A DNA stretch of 63,341 nucleotides, counting the filler, from Saprolegnia diclina VS20 (taxonomy: Eukaryota): the NCBI RefSeq assembly GCF_000281045.1. It is 7 parts of one record of this genome, joined end to end, with 100 filler letters (N's around TTAATTAATTAA, not from the genome) between each part and the next. Parts side by side here need not be neighbours in the genome. Positions count along the whole stretch, not along the records: positions 28,697 to 48,708 come from NW_008246091.1; positions 48,809 to 51,744 come from NW_008246091.1; positions 51,845 to 53,858 come from NW_008246091.1; positions 53,959 to 55,646 come from NW_008246091.1; positions 55,747 to 58,821 come from NW_008246091.1; 2 more parts are not named here. One strand, given 5' to 3'. Below, in pieces: positions 47,370 to 58,921 of the stretch; the first letter of the stretch is position 1; each line of letters starts with the position of its first letter. The notes under the pieces were generated by a model. It did no database searches, was not told the origin of the DNA, and was given only the letters and a program-made list of their open reading frames with translations. A program made the translations under genes and the position numbers.

Positions 47370-48380
47370 CTACCGCTGCTCAAAATACGCGTCCACTTCG
47401 TCCTCGGTCACACCGGCGTCCCCAGCCTTCCACGCCGACACGACGTCATCGGGCTTGATCACGAGACCATAATGGTTCGTGGCCACGATCGTACGCGACG
47501 CTTTCTCGATCACGAGCAGTCGCGGGGCGCCCAGCGTGTTGTAGGCGTCGTGCGCCGAGAGGGCCTTGTCGATCGCGTCGGCTGTCTCGGCCAAGTTGCT
47601 GCTGTGCGTGAACCGGTGGAATGACGTGTCCTTGATCGGCTCGTCGCTACTTGGCTCGTCGTCCAAACTAAAGTAGACGACCGAGACGTCGTCGGCATTG
47701 GCAATAGCAAAGTCGTCGATCGAGCGCGTGAGCTCGTCGCTCGCTGCCCAGCTCGCGCTAAAGTAGAGCAGCACAAAGGCGTGGAGGTCGTCGTACGCAA
47801 TGTGATCGCCGTTTGCTGTCACGAGCGTTTCGAGCGGAAGGTGCGAGATCACGTCCACCGTCTCGACCTCGTCGGCCACCGGCTCGTCGCGCAGCCAGTA
47901 GGCCTCTTCGTCGGCTTCGGAAATGTCGTCGCCGGCGCGCCAGAGGCTCAGGATCGTATCGGGCTGGAGGAGCACGCCGATGCGGGCGCGCTCTGAGAAG
48001 ACCATGCCCGAGTCGCGCTCGACGGCAAAGGCTGTCGGGATGCCTTGGATCGACGGGTACGCGGCCTTGATGGCCTGGAACGCCGCCGCGTTGGCCTCGC
48101 GCCACTCGAAGCGGTAGTACGGTTTGTGCCGGTTGTAGAATCGCTGCATCTTGGCGTTGTGGTCGCGGCCAAAGTAAATAACTGAGACCTCGCTCGGATG
48201 GGCTTGGAGAAACTGGAGGACCGACGGCGTAAACGCCCGGCACGGCGGGCACCAGTAGGCGGAGAAGAGCACGAGCACGATTTTGTTGAGGTCGGCCAAG
48301 GTCGCCGGGCGACCAGCCGCGTCGACGAACGGTCCGAGGTCGAGGTCGTCGTCAAAGAGGTAATTCCAAAAGCCCGTCAT
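47370..48380 (-). CDS. Nucleoredoxin/tryparedoxin-like protein with two thioredoxin folds
   Basis: LFSAYWCPPCRAFTP...GIPT in domain 1; LYFSASWAASD...GAPRL in domain 2. Confidence 0.88.
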   Translation of the reverse strand: MTGFWNYLFDDDLDLGPFVDAAGRPATLADLNKIVLVLFSAYWCPPCRAFTPSVLQFLQAHPSEVSVIYFGRDHNAKMQRFYNRHKPYYRFEWREANAAAFQAIKAAYPSIQGIPTAFAVERDSGMVFSERARIGVLLQPDTILSLWRAGDDISEADEEAYWLRDEPVADEVETVDVISHLPLETLVTANGDHIAYDDLHAFVLLYFSASWAASDELTRSIDDFAIANADDVSVVYFSLDDEPSSDEPIKDTSFHRFTHSSNLAETADAIDKALSAHDAYNTLGAPRLLVIEKASRTIVATNHYGLVIKPDDVVSAWKAGDAGVTEDEVDAYFEQR

Positions 48381-48708
48381 CGTCGCAATGGCAAAGTGAC
48401 GTTGATTGTGGGTGTCGCCAGGGCCGATAGCGACAAGACACGCATACGCAGGTGGCATCACACGTCTCTACTTCGCCAATTGCTTGTTTATACTCGCTAT
48501 TGTTGATAGAGCCTGTCGATACGGACAGATACCCAAGAGAAAATCGACGTTGGATCGTGTTTTGCATGGGAATGGCGTCCTGTGCGGTGCAGGATGGCAG
48601 AAGCGTATGCGTGTTTTGTCCTATTTCGGTGCTCAAAGCGTGAATGTATGTCTCTGGGCGGACCGTGCACCAGCTGCCGACCAGACGAGATCAGACTGGT
48701 ATGCATCC

Positions 48709-48808
48709 NNNNNNNNNNNNNNNNNNNNNNNNNNNNNNNNNNNNNNNNNNNNTTAATTAATTAANNNNNNNNNNNNNNNNNNNNNNNNNNNNNNNNNNNN
48801 NNNNNNNN
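48709..48808. other. Assembly linker N44-TTAATTAATTAA-N44
   Basis: Artificial six-frame-stop linker. Confidence 0.95.
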
Positions 48809-49237
48809 CTCAGATTCAGATTTCAGAATACCTCGTTTCTGCTTGCTTCACTCACATACCTCGCTTCCACGACGGATTTGCCTTATCGCAACTGTTCAGT
48901 CACTATATTACGCTGCAACAATGTTGGTCAGTCACTAGTAGATAACAGGTCCCTTGCGGGGTGAGCTGGTAGGAACTTTTGTAATGAACGCGAAGCATTG
49001 ATTAACGGTATTGCGACGACGGCGGTCTTCGCGCGCTTCTGCAATCCAAATGCATTACGATTAGGTGCGGAAATACCTTATGTTCGACGTGGGCTCTTAT
49101 AAGTGCGTCTTATTTATTCGATACAAAATCAAGTATAATGTCCCACATGTGACAGCACGTAACGGGAACTACCAAATCGCACTTCAATGGACATGTTCCG
49201 CGTGATGCGATTGGCTTAGACCAATGCAACTGCGTTG

Positions 49238-49348
49238 CATTGGCCAAAATGTCGTAAATTATAGCCAATGGGTTGGCCGGATTGAGACACGACACACCGA
49301 ATCAATCCCCTGGGATGCTGGTACACCACGTAAACGTTCCTACCAGGA
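49238..49348 (+). repeat. Dispersed repeat B, copy 2
   Basis: Matches 32446-32548 with small indels. Confidence 0.8.
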
Positions 49349-49563
49349 AAAGTGACTCATTTCAACAACTAGTTTCGTTGGGCGCTTGGGCAGCCAAAAG
49401 TGCTTCGTCAATGTATACAAGTTCTGCTATGAATGAAGAGCGAGGTCGNNNNNNNNNNNNNNNNNNNNNNNNNNNNNNNNNNNNNNNNNNNNNNNNNNNN
49501 NNNNNNNNNNNNNNNNNNNNNNNNNNNNNNNNNNNNNNNNNNNNNNNNTCACTTTCCAAAACC

Positions 49564-49800
49564 ATGCCTGCCTCCCTCGACACGATCCTTCCCACGCCAG
49601 TCCTTAGCAACGCCATGAACAGCGTGCACTACACCAGCAACGACGACGTCGAGTTGCCCAACATCTACACGTACTTCCACGACTTTACCTTTGAAACGGA
49701 CGCCAACATGGACGACATGGACGCCGTGTCGGTCTTTATTGCTGGCCTCGAATACCTCAAGCACCTCTTTATGACCTCCGCACCGCCGACGGCTGCTTAA
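49564..49800 (+). CDS. 78-aa acidic small protein, copy 1
   Basis: MPASLDTILPTPVLSNAMNSVHYTSNDDVELPNIYTYFHDFTFET...; strong GC3 bias; near-identical copy at 52191. Confidence 0.7.
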   Translation: MPASLDTILPTPVLSNAMNSVHYTSNDDVELPNIYTYFHDFTFETDANMDDMDAVSVFIAGLEYLKHLFMTSAPPTAA

Positions 49801-50261
49801 GATTACGCCAAAAGTGGCTTCTGCGCCCATGTACAGTACAAGCTGTAGTGCATGGCGCTAATTTGGCACATCAGCGCTGCACAGTATATATCTAAAATGT
49901 AAAAATAGCTAATCTCGACAACGTCCTTCAACGACACAATGCATTTTTGAACAAAGCACCCCCATTCGCAAAATCGTGATAAGACGGGAAGCATACCACC
50001 AACTTGCGACGTGTTTGCGCATTATCAGTCGATCCTGTCTGATGCGTTTTGGAGTTGCGAGCTGCATCATGGATTTCGTAGTAGCTTTCCATACTAGCAC
50101 GCGAGATGGGCCTGGCACGACGCTAGCTCGAATTTAGCTCACTGCCGTGCGTTCCGTATTGTGCATGCGTCGTTGACCCCTCTCGCTCGAGGCCGATGAG
50201 CGCACGTAAAGTAAGCAAGCACATCAATTCCATGACAATTTACATATATATGAACGTGTTC

Positions 50262-50461
50262 CGCGTTATCTTCATTATGACACAAAGACTTCGCATACGT
50301 AGCGCTACGCCTGAATGCGTGGGAGTTGGCTCCAGCACTTGGTCGTTGGGAGTGAGCTGCGTACGGAGAGGTCCATCCCGCGGTGGACCCCACTCGCCGA
50401 GTCATAGCTCGCGCGAGGTCGTACGCAGGCTCCTGTACTCGGACCACCCGGCAGAGGAGTG
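50262..50461 (-). repeat. Dispersed repeat A, copy 2 (inverted); partial third copy at ~51355-51413
   Basis: Shares acacaaagacttcgcatacgtag and flanking sequence with both other copies. Confidence 0.88.
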
Positions 50462-50548
50462 CAAGCCGTCGGGTGTTATTTACATGTTTACAATAGTCAA
50501 AGTAAGGGGCGTTTGCATTCTCTGAGCATTCTTTGCATCAAGCGACGA

Positions 50549-50740
50549 CTAAAAGAGGCCGAGAAAGCACTCCCACGCAGCGTCAAGTACACTTGTCGAG
50601 GATAGCGTAAACGAGGTCTCGGTCAGGACAATGTCGAAGTCGTTGAGGTACGAGTCCAGCGTTGGAAACTCGATGTGGCGAAATATCTCGGGCTGCTTGG
50701 CTCTCTCCTTGGTGGTGGTGGGGTACACGCGGGCGACCAT
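50549..50740 (-). CDS. 63-aa small protein, likely distant paralog of the 78-aa family
   Basis: IEFPTLDSYLNDFDIVLTET ~ VELPNIYTYFHDFTFET; TSVLDAAWECFLGLF ~ VSVFIAGLEYLKHLF; GC3-biased; Inr-like CTCATTTC ~50 nt upstream. Confidence 0.55.
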   Translation of the reverse strand: MVARVYPTTTKERAKQPEIFRHIEFPTLDSYLNDFDIVLTETSFTLSSTSVLDAAWECFLGLF

Positions 50741-51744
50741 TGCACAAAATACAGTAAATCAACGTGAGGTGGGTGCGTTCGTTTTTGAAATGAGGAGCGA
50801 GACGAGCGAGTTTGCACACTAGGAAAGCGGTGGGTTGGAGACAGTTGCCTGTGTACGAAGGGAGCGAATCTGCGTGCTTGATTCCATTGTTTCTCAGGTC
50901 CGATTTCCGTGTCATCAGTGACAGTCGATGATGCCTCTGCTTGCGTTCTGTCAACGAAACAAGGCGTCTCAGTTTCGCCCGACAACGGCTGGTTTTGTCC
51001 CTGCCTTCTTCGCTTCAATTGCGTTGACTGTTTGTGTGAAAGAAGAGCGATGCGCTACTAGTACGTAACCTCGCTATCAGGGGAGCGGTTGATATGTGCG
51101 CATCACATGTATTAGTACAGGTAAATAAATAATTTCAGCTTGTGCCATTCACACGCCTCGCGTCCAAAACAGTTGGGCCTTGCCGACGCGGCTTAGTCGC
51201 AGCACTCTTGGAGAGCACGCTTTGACAGCACTACAATTGTAGCAGTCAGTGTATTGGATGGTGATTGATATTGATTGCAGTACAATACCTTGATACCAGT
51301 CAGTGTACACTTCCAGTAGCAAGGAAATTTCATCGACCAGTAGTGCAGTACATAACGTATATGAATGTGTTTCGCGTTATCTACATCATTACACAAAGAC
51401 TTCGCATACGTAGAGACTAGCTATCTCCTTCTTCATTCGCTTGCCGGTCCGTGGCTGCGCAGGCGGCGGCGCGGGGGCTCGTCTGGCTCTTCTGTCATCG
51501 CTCTAAGACGCTTGTGGTCGCGGGTGAGGCCCGTGACGACACGGTCGCCCAAATCTTCAAGGATGTCGTGAATCTGAAAATGGGTGTTTCGCGCCTGCAA
51601 GGAGTCGAAACGGACTTTTCAAGAGAAGGCGGCTCAGCGAAACCAACGACTGGTGGCCAGAGCCTAGCATCTCTAGTTTCCGATCTCCGCTAAGCAAAGG
51701 TACTCATGGGCCGCCATCAGCACATGACGAAGCCCCAGACATGG

Positions 51745-51844
51745 NNNNNNNNNNNNNNNNNNNNNNNNNNNNNNNNNNNNNNNNNNNNTTAATTAATTAA
51801 NNNNNNNNNNNNNNNNNNNNNNNNNNNNNNNNNNNNNNNNNNNN
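51745..51844. other. Assembly linker N44-TTAATTAATTAA-N44
   Basis: Artificial linker. Confidence 0.95.
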
Positions 51845-52190
51845 TGGTTCGACACGCAACTGTAAAATGACCGGCGCACGTCACAGAAGTCTTTGCACTG
51901 GTGACGTGTCCCAAGTGCGGAATCTACGAGTTGAGAGCAAGATGCAAATACGTGCGGTAGACGCGCACATACATCCCGCACCTGTCATGTGGTCGTATAA
52001 AAACGCCATTTCTGCGACGAGCGATCAACTTCAAGCACGATTTGGCGCGAAATATAACACGGCTCTGTTCAGATATGTTGCGTCGACAAAGCCGCTACAA
52101 GCACAAGTGCTACGCAGCAATGACAAGAGTTCAACTGCCGATCCCCACAGATTCAGGTCGGTTTGTCGGCAATTCTCACTTTCCAATACC

Positions 52191-52427
52191 ATGCCTGCCT
52201 CCCTCGACACTATCCTTCCCGCGCCAGTGCTCAGCAACGCCATGAACAGCGTGCACTACACCAGCGACGACGACGTCGAGCTGCCCAACATCTACACGTA
52301 CTTCCACGACTTTACCTTTGAAACGGACGCCAACATGGACGACATGGACGCCGTGTCGGTCTTTATTGCTGGCCTCGAATACCTCAAGCACCTCTTTATG
52401 ACCTCCGCACCGCCGACGGCTGCGTAG
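52191..52427 (+). CDS. 78-aa acidic small protein, copy 2
   Basis: Two amino-acid differences from copy 1 plus synonymous changes; unrelated 3' flank. Confidence 0.7.
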   Translation: MPASLDTILPAPVLSNAMNSVHYTSDDDVELPNIYTYFHDFTFETDANMDDMDAVSVFIAGLEYLKHLFMTSAPPTAA

Positions 52428-53105
52428 TGAGCCTTCTCGACCCACGTTTGTACTATACAAGTATTATTTCAAGCAAAATGAGCGCGAGTTCCTTACTTTT
52501 CGACAATTTGTTGGAATTGGCTCGAGTGTCTGTATTGTGATTGAATAATTTTCAATCTCAAGGCCAAAATAGCCGTGAGACGCGTACCTTGCATTTAGGA
52601 AATATAGGACACTTGCTCGCATGAAATGATTGCTGACAATCCTAGTTCGCCAGTGTAGACTTGATAGCGGCATCATGGGCTTCGATTCATGTGATGCCCT
52701 AGATCTATCTGTCTTTAGATGTTACGACTTTAGCTTTTCGGAAAGAGCTATGGGTACTTTGGATATTGCGACTTTCACATTTCGCGAAAGAGCTAAATCC
52801 TGCAAACAGATACCACTATTGTTGTTGTTGTTGAAGTGGGTCGTCTATTAAAATAGATACGTAAATCTACGCTAAATAAAATTGTCGGACTTTCTTCGTT
52901 GTGTAGGCGCTGGTGATGATCTTGATCTAGGCCGGCGGAGGCAGGAGCGCGATCCGCGGGACAAGGTGCTGGCGCGGCCACTCGTGTTGAGCGAGGAGTT
53001 GGAGAAGGCGACGGAGAGCCATCTGCCCTGGGTTTTGAACGAGGCTGTGGTGCAAGTGCATTTGAGCGACACGCGCCGCCCCTATTGTTGTTGTTGCTGA
53101 CAACA

Positions 53106-53151
53106 ACGAAAATTACGCATTTTGTTATCCACTAAAATGCGTAATTTTCGT
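53106..53151. repeat. Perfect 18-bp inverted repeat with 10-nt loop
   Basis: ACGAAAATTACGCATTTT-gttatccact-AAAATGCGTAATTTTCGT. Confidence 0.9.
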
Positions 53152-53858
53152 GAAGAACGAAATGGACTAGAAGCTGACGAAGATAAGAAGATAAGGTTCT
53201 TAAGGCTCTTGAACGAGGCAGTGGTGCAAGTACAGTTGGCCAATCCTTTGTCATCCTATTGATTTCTTCTTNNNNNNNNNNNNNNNNNNNNNNNNNNNNN
53301 NNNNNNNNNNNNNNNNNNNNNNNNNNNNNNNNNNNNNNNNNNNNNNNNNNNNNNNNNNNNNNNNNNNNNNNTAAAATGCGTAATTTTCGTGAAGAACGAA
53401 ATGGACTAGAAGCTGACGAAGATAAGAAGATAAGGTTCTTAAGGCTCTTGAACGAGGCAGTGGTGCAAGTACAGTTGGCCAATCCTTTGTCATCCTATTG
53501 ATTTCTTCTTCCCGTTTTTGTTGCTCTTCGTGCACTTGACCTGCTGCGAAAAAACTTCTCCCATTTCTTAGAATCTAACCGGTACTTCCCAGCTTAGTAG
53601 TCATGTAGTGCACCGGCAGCCGAACCACGTCACTTTAAAAACAGCATAGTGATTCCGATGCGCTTTGTGTACCCTACACTCGCAAGAGCAGAGCCTTTCG
53701 CAAGATGAATACGTCCCCCCACATTCGTTCGTTCATACGTACTATTACAAGTTTTGCAGTCCAGTCGGGGAGGAGCGCATCTTGATCACCATAGTTGAAC
53801 ATGGCGGGCGTATTGTTAACGTTGCTCGTGTGCGCTGGCGTGGGGAGAATCGTGTCGA

Positions 53859-53958
53859 NNNNNNNNNNNNNNNNNNNNNNNNNNNNNNNNNNNNNNNNNN
53901 NNTTAATTAATTAANNNNNNNNNNNNNNNNNNNNNNNNNNNNNNNNNNNNNNNNNNNN
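53859..53958. other. Assembly linker N44-TTAATTAATTAA-N44
   Basis: Artificial linker. Confidence 0.95.
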
Positions 53959-55646
53959 CTCGGTCGCTATACCAGCATACACGAGCAGCCCAAGAGCGCG
54001 CTCAGGATTCTACCTACTCATACCAAGGGCACTGGCGATTTACTAACATGCAGTATCTAGCGCCCCTGCCAATTGCGTCCCCGGCGCTCGTGGGTGAGTG
54101 CGATACGGTCCGTTTTACCTACCCGTCTCGGCACTTTGATTTTGTTCAACTGGCGCGTCAACTTCGCTCTGTGTCTGTCCACATCTACACGTTCGGCTCC
54201 GCGATCTCAGTGTGTACGACGAGGGTGCACTTGCCTTGGGCATTGACCTGCTCGACTACGCCGACAAGTTTTCCCAACAATGCGACGTCATCAGTACCGC
54301 AGCTCACAAGACGTTCGCGGTTTTTGCTCTCTTTTTCTTCCTCGCGACGGCAGCCTGCGACGGCGCCAGCGACGTCGCAGGCGTCACAAGCTTTCCGGGC
54401 GCAGACTCGCGACCCACCACACGGCCAGCACGGCAAGCCTCCTGGCGGTGGCAATACGACAGGCCATCGAAGGTCGCAGTCAAGGCGGCAGTCAAAGCCA
54501 CGCCGACCAAGCACACTCGCCAATTCCGTCAGGCGCTCTGGCTGCGCCTCTTTCGATGACGGCGAGTCCCAATACAAGCCCGCGCAAATTGTCGAAGCTC
54601 AGGTGCCAAAGCTCTGTAAGGTACAAACGGTGCACCGGTGTTGACGGGCGGCTGCGCATTCACACGGTCGCGATGGCTCTCACCAACACCGCCCGGCGGC
54701 GCGCTGGGCAGCTTTGAGGGCGGACTTGGAGCTGTGCAGCTGCCAAGCGCCGGCACCAGCGACTCTGTCGTCTCGGCGCAATCAACGAACCGCAACTGGG
54801 CCTGTGGGCACTTATTGGCGAGGCCAAGCTACTCGCCACTCGGACTGTCAAGGCATCTTCGGATACAACCGGGGCACGCGGTGACTCGTATTTGCGTCTT
54901 CGGGCGCGGCCGAGTCATTCGCCACTCGGACTGGGCGTCTTCACACGTGATCGAGGCAAACGCTTCTTGGTTTGCGTGCATCTTCACCCGAGTGGAGGAT
55001 GGTACGATGACACGCTGTATAGCATGATTGTCAAGAACCGACTGGATGGTTCTGATGCCAACGTCAATGGGAAGGGACAACACCGCACCTCCTGCGGGTG
55101 AAGCAGGAATCAACCGACTGGATAAAGGACGGCCGACTAGCGTGCCGCCCGAGTTTACGGCGTACACGATGACTGGCAATTTAGCAGCGCTCGCTACACG
55201 GCTCGACTGAACCAACCACGAGGCGCGTCAACCTCTGGAGTTAAAGCAAGACCGGCGCGCTCAGCGTTTTGGTCAACGCCTCAAGCGTTCTTCGCTGGCG
55301 AAGGCAGTGTCGAGCTGCGAGTCTCAGTTTGGCAGCTGACAGCGGCAGCGGCAGCGCGGTTGCTCCCCAATCCCCGTGGTAGCACTGGTGCGCGGGTGTC
55401 GCCGGCAGATCATCGCCCCAGCAAACGACGCTCCCCTACGAGCTCAGCTCGCTCGTCACGGTTTACCCGCGGCGTGCCGCGGTCCCCTGGCTCTACCTGC
55501 CGGCACCACGCCAATCTGCACGGACGATTTTTCAGGGAAGGATCGATGCGGTAGCTGCTGCCCACTCGGCCTCGAAAAGATGCGCCTCCAACTTCTCTCG
55601 GTCGGCGGACGTCTCTCATCCACGTCTTGTCTTTTTCGAGCGGCGA

Positions 55647-55746
55647 NNNNNNNNNNNNNNNNNNNNNNNNNNNNNNNNNNNNNNNNNNNNTTAATTAATT
55701 AANNNNNNNNNNNNNNNNNNNNNNNNNNNNNNNNNNNNNNNNNNNN
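55647..55746. other. Assembly linker N44-TTAATTAATTAA-N44
   Basis: Artificial linker. Confidence 0.95.
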
Positions 55747-57569
55747 CCGTCCTTGACTTCAATCGTCCGGTCAATGTACGATGACGCAATGATGTCGGGC
55801 GAGTGCGTCACGAGCAAGATCGTCTTGTGCCGGAGGAGCCCGAGAAAGCACTTGGTGAAAATCTCGTTCTGGACGATCGCGTCGACGGCCGACAAGGGCG
55901 AGTCCAGAAGGAAGATGTCGGCGTCGCTGTAGCACGCTCTGGCGAGCGCAATGCGCGCCTTTTGACCGCCGCTGACGTTGACGCCCTTGGAGCCAATCTC
56001 GGTGCGGTCGCCGGCCGCAAAGAGCGTCAGGTCCTTGGTCAACGCGCACGCTTCGAGGACGGCGTTGTACTTTTTGCGGTCGTACGGATGGCCAAAGAGG
56101 ATGTTTTCGCGGATCGTCATGTTTTGAATCCACGGCTGCTGCGCAAAGTAGGCGACGCGGCCGCTGACGCCGACGGAACCAGTGTACTTGTCGAGTTCGC
56201 CGAGGAGGACGTTGCAGAGCGACGACTTGCCTTCGCCGACCGAGCCATGAATGACCACAAACTCGCCGCGCTTGATGACGAGGTTGACGTTCGAGAAGAG
56301 CGGCTTCTCGGCGTCGTAGCCAAAGGCGCCGTCGACAATCTCGATGGCCACGTCGTTGGCCGAGACCTTGTCGCTCACGAGGTCTGCGCTCTTCTCTGAC
56401 ATCGCGAGAAACTCGTTGTAGCGACCGTACGACACATACGCTTGCATCCAGTTGGCAATGATGTTGGGCAGCATCATCATTGGCGCCTTGATCATGGCGA
56501 AAAGACTAAGCGCCGTAAAGACCTTGGAGGCGGTCAGCGTCTCGCCGAGCCAGAGCACGTACGCCGCAAACGAGACGGTCGTGAGCAAGATCGGGCCGGC
56601 GCCGTTGATTGTGACGGTCATGGATCCCATCAGGGACTGCTTCCAAATGGCTTGGAGCTCGGCGTCGCGCTGGTGCGAGAGTTTGTCGTAGTACCGCTCT
56701 TCCCACGCGTTGAGCTTGATGATCTGCATCGCGCCAAAGACCTCGTTGACCGTCTTCATGCGCGTGTCCTTGCGGTCCATCATCACCTTGTAGTTGGTGC
56801 GCAGCAGCGACGCCACGAGACGATTGATGTAGAGCGTCACAAACATGACGATGAGACCACAAATCATGGCCGACCCAAGGAGCTGCCACAACATGTACAT
56901 GAGCGCCGTGATCTGGAGCGGAATGATCCAGATCTGGTTGGCTTGGTACGACGCGGCAAGGATCCACATCATGTCGGCCGAGAAAAGGTTGGAGACTTCG
57001 CCCGTGCTCTTGGCGCGGCGCGAGCTCGCGTCCAGCACGAGAGCCTTGCGGAACAAGAGGTCTTGGAGCGCCGACGTGAAATTCACGTAGAGCAAATCGT
57101 TCTGGAATGTAGTCTGCGTCTGGATGACCGCCTGGGCCACTTTCACAACAAAAAGGAGCACAATCGGCTGCAGAAGCGTGTAAAAGTCGACACTCGACGT
57201 CTCGACGGCCGAGACCACTTGCTGAAGGACCACGGGCCCGTAGAGCGACCCGAGCATAGCCACAAACTGCATTACGCCGATGACGACCGCCTTCCAGCCA
57301 AAGACCGAGAGAAACGCGCGAAGAATCGACTTGTTCTTGGCCTCGTACGCCGGAAGAAATTGGTTGCTGATCGTGGCGCACTGGAGGCGGTCTGGGAGCA
57401 ACCAGATGTCGTCAACGTTGAGCTGGCGCTCGTTGGCGAGATCCACGAGCGGGTTGGCCCACCAATACGTCCAGCGAGAGAGGAAGCTGGCACGGTCGAG
57501 CGGGTGCACCGAGGCTTGGACCGCCGAAGCTTGCAGCGGCAGCGCCGAGTACGTTGTAGTTTTCGACAT
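55747..57569 (-). CDS. ABC transporter, ABCC/MRP subfamily, N-terminal half (TMD1+NBD1), 3'-truncated at contig end
   Basis: HPLDRASFLSRWTYWW lasso motif; IKLNAWE; Walker A GSVGEGKSS; signature VSGGQKARIALARA; Walker B FLLDSPLSAVD. Confidence 0.95.
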
Positions 57570-58821
57570 GACGCAAAATCGGAAATGAAAGAAATGGCAC
57601 CAATGGTTGTTGTCCCTGGGTTGTTGTCCGTTCTGGAACCTTGAAATGCATATGCTCGCGCGATACCACTGTCGTTAGCACTTCTGTGATTTGATTAGAA
57701 ACAAAGTTGCGGTCTTCTGCGATGGGGAATGCGTGTTGAGTGGCGAGAGTGTAGGTGAACCTGGTACACTCCTGAGGCCATTTGCTGCGCGGGGTGGTCT
57801 CGTCATGTTGAAGTTGGCGCGTGTGGTACCTCTTTGCTCTCTACCTCTATCCAAAGTCTTTTGGCTCCCGCCCAGTACCTGAAACGTGACAGGAGCAAGT
57901 TCTTATTCCGAGTACTGTACGTGTCGGTACAATGCAGCGACAAGCCGAGCGGTCGAGATCCGCCACTCCAAAACTTGAGCTCGTCAGCAAGGAAAAATCC
58001 GTGGGCACCGACGGAATGTTCCGTTGGACGCGGCTGTACGGCGTAGAAAGGCCATGCTGAACCACATGAATCGTGGATTGCAGACCAGGAAATCCCACAC
58101 TCGCGTCCACGTTCAAGGAGACAGTCGAAGGACATCCTCCCATATCATCCAAGCCCACGTTCGCAACCACAAGCGAACCGCAGTGATTTCCTCTCCCGAT
58201 CACATTCATTGGTACAGTCGAAGCTCCCTTATTGCATAGTGGATAATTTATGCATCTGAGAGGTATTATTAAGCGACCTCATCGTCCTCGTCGACGTAGC
58301 TCACGAAGTCGCAAATCTGGTCGATTGTGAGGTACCCCAAGAGCGTCAAGTCGTCCGTTTCGCCAGCGTCAACGTACTCTGCAGCTGAGGGCATGTCGAA
58401 GGCGAGGTTTTGCCTATTGCTTGAGCTCCGACATCGAGCATCTTCATTGCCGCGCCAAGCTTATCTCCGTGACTGGGTTGGACACGGTGCGCTTGGTGCT
58501 GGGAGGGTGGCGGCTTCTTGGTCATTCGGCGGTTTGCTTTGCGTTGGCTGGGGGAATCAAATTTATGTTATTACGTTTTGAGCAGTAAAAAATCAAGATC
58601 GGACTGTATCACGCTGGAAGAGGAATATCGAGTTTCGGGATATGCAATTAGGGGGCTTCGACTGTACCCACAACAATGAACACCGCGCCAGAATGCCGGC
58701 ATTATGTCTCTCTGCTCGGGCCAGAGTTTTATACATCATGTCGTATAGTCGGGTTCCAAACGTTGTCGTTGCTCATCGAACCCGACCTGTCTGTGTGCAG
58801 TGATACTGACGCTCCAGCTTC

Positions 58822-58921
58822 NNNNNNNNNNNNNNNNNNNNNNNNNNNNNNNNNNNNNNNNNNNNTTAATTAATTAANNNNNNNNNNNNNNNNNNNNNNN
58901 NNNNNNNNNNNNNNNNNNNNN
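58822..58921. other. Assembly linker N44-TTAATTAATTAA-N44
   Basis: Artificial linker. Confidence 0.95.

Noticed and set aside
53124..53133. DnaA-box-like TTATCCAC in the hairpin loop
   Set aside because: Single imperfect match in eukaryotic DNA.
53133..53510. Exact ~139-bp direct repeat either side of a 100-N gap
   Set aside because: Identical copies abutting the gap indicate unmerged contig overlap.
53959..55646. GC-rich contig with several 110-200 aa ORFs, possible transposon or gene relic
   Set aside because: No recognisable domain or consistent frame; cannot be assigned by eye.
57960..58200. Minus-strand fragment ...WLRTWAW...TRVWDFLV resembling a TBC/Rab-GAP motif
   Set aside because: Interrupted by stops and too short to support without a profile search.
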